Positions 62,746 to 64,000 of a DNA stretch of 64,000 nucleotides are shown here, in pieces. Each line of letters begins with the position of its first letter. Within the stretch, counting starts at the first letter, position 1. The notes beneath the pieces were generated by a model, which had not been told where the DNA came from, did not search any database, and saw nothing but the letters and a program-made list of their open reading frames with translations. The stretch comes from Callorhinchus milii. Lineage: Eukaryota. The stretch lies in the NCBI RefSeq assembly GCF_018977255.1, contig NW_024704742.1:121832001-121896000 (forward strand), in the 5' to 3' direction. The translations under genes were made by a program, and so were the position numbers.

Positions 62746-64000
62746 ATATTATCTTGTACTGAGGTCTATTTAAAAATCACAAGTGTCAAGGTGCAGAGTT
62801 ATATGATTTTATAACACCAATTTATAGAAGGAGAGATTGTAGTTTCTAACTGCAACCATTAAAGATAACTTCTAAAATTCCCACTTCACAATGGGTGTTG
62901 TTGATAAATACTCTGCTTTTTCCACCCACTTGACTGTGGCACTTCAACTGAAAATCAGGAATTGATATTAGAATAATTCTAAGCTTGTCACTTTCTGCTA
63001 GGAAGCAATGATAATATTTGACTACTATACACATGGCATAGAGAAGCTACATGAATATCGATGGATATCACTGAGCTGAACAAACAAGGGCAGCTTGAAA
63101 GCAGGCAACATTTTACTTAAGGCAGTCTCTCACAGTTCCAAGAACCATGCCTCTTTCAATCTGCTTTAAAAGACAGGTCACCTTCCTCCCATTTTGTAAG
63201 AAACATCATTGTGAATTTCACTGTTACAATATTTGCTTTTGGTGACCGTCTCACTGATAAAGCTCTTTTAAGTGTCTTTGAATGCTTATATGTGGAATTA
63301 AATATCGTGGGTCCATTCATCATGAATTCCACAGGAAAAATATTTTTTTCAGCGAAATCTCAATGTTGCACTAGAATTCCATGCTGATATTAAAAGAATG
63401 TTACATAGTTGTTTTTGAAATAGGTACTGATACTGTAGTTATTTGTATATATAGAGCACTTTTCAGTTAAAGTTTCAGCCGAGATTTAAAACAAAGAGAT
63501 CCGTTTTAGGATGTAAAAAGCGCTATACAAACGTAATTTGTTGTTGGTATTTTTGAAGCCTGAGAGAGAGAGAGAGAGAGAGAGAGGTAGCAAGCCAAAG
63601 AGATTTATGAAAAGAATTCCAGAGGGCAGAGTCATGTTGGCTGAAAGTATGGTCACTGATGGTGGAGTGAAGGGAGTGAGAAATAAGGAATATACCAGAA
63701 TCAAAAGAAATAACTAATCAATGATGAAATAGCTGCTTGTTACTCTTTGTTTAAAAGTTTCTTATCCATTTCGAGTCACAGTTTTGTTTGCGTGAAAGAT
63801 GTGTTACATGAATATTTTGATCATGTTTTCGAATGCTATCACTGAGCGCACATTGTCTGTCTGGCAAATAAAGAAAGAGCTATCATTGAAATGCCACAAA
63901 GATAAGAAAATGATGTGCTAATAAGAATTTAATCTACCACAACAGATATGCTTCTCATGGGATTTGCTGCCATTTTGGAACTTGAGTTAGCAGCCGATCA

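Noticed and set aside
24450..64000. Further PDE4 exons (D5-type RRFTVAHTC, D3-type, UCR1 FDVDNG)
   Set aside because: Not seen in the ORF track or by eye; probably beyond the window, though a short exon could have been missed

Overview
Eukaryotic, AT-rich, transposon-dense vertebrate DNA. The repeat families (tRNA/Deu-domain SINEs, L2 and CR1 LINEs, Penelope remnants) point to a cartilaginous fish, possibly a chimaera; this is an inference. The only supported host coding sequence is one 5' coding exon on the + strand (21743-21975, GT donor at 21976). It encodes an N-terminus homologous to the long PDE4D4 isoform of cAMP phosphodiesterase 4 and also resembles PDE4A4 and PDE4C1. The rest of the window is most simply read as very large PDE4 intronic/upstream sequence. 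The exon lies in a ~7.5 kb zone with no recognisable SINE or LINE, packed instead with five tandem arrays, two of them partly reverse-complementary. Elsewhere there are many SINE copies in several subfamilies, L2 and CR1 fragments with several nested insertions, a decayed Penelope hammerhead ribozyme, two MITE-like inverted repeats, a short Helitron-like element and local duplications. Nearly all ORFs in the supplied track are repeat or TE artefacts. I found no convincing wholly new biological system. The best leads are the repeat-encased PDE4 first exon and the apparent SINE/L2 3' stem-loop tracking. TE boundaries are by eye (about +/-20 nt), and family and protein comparisons are from memory, not database searches.
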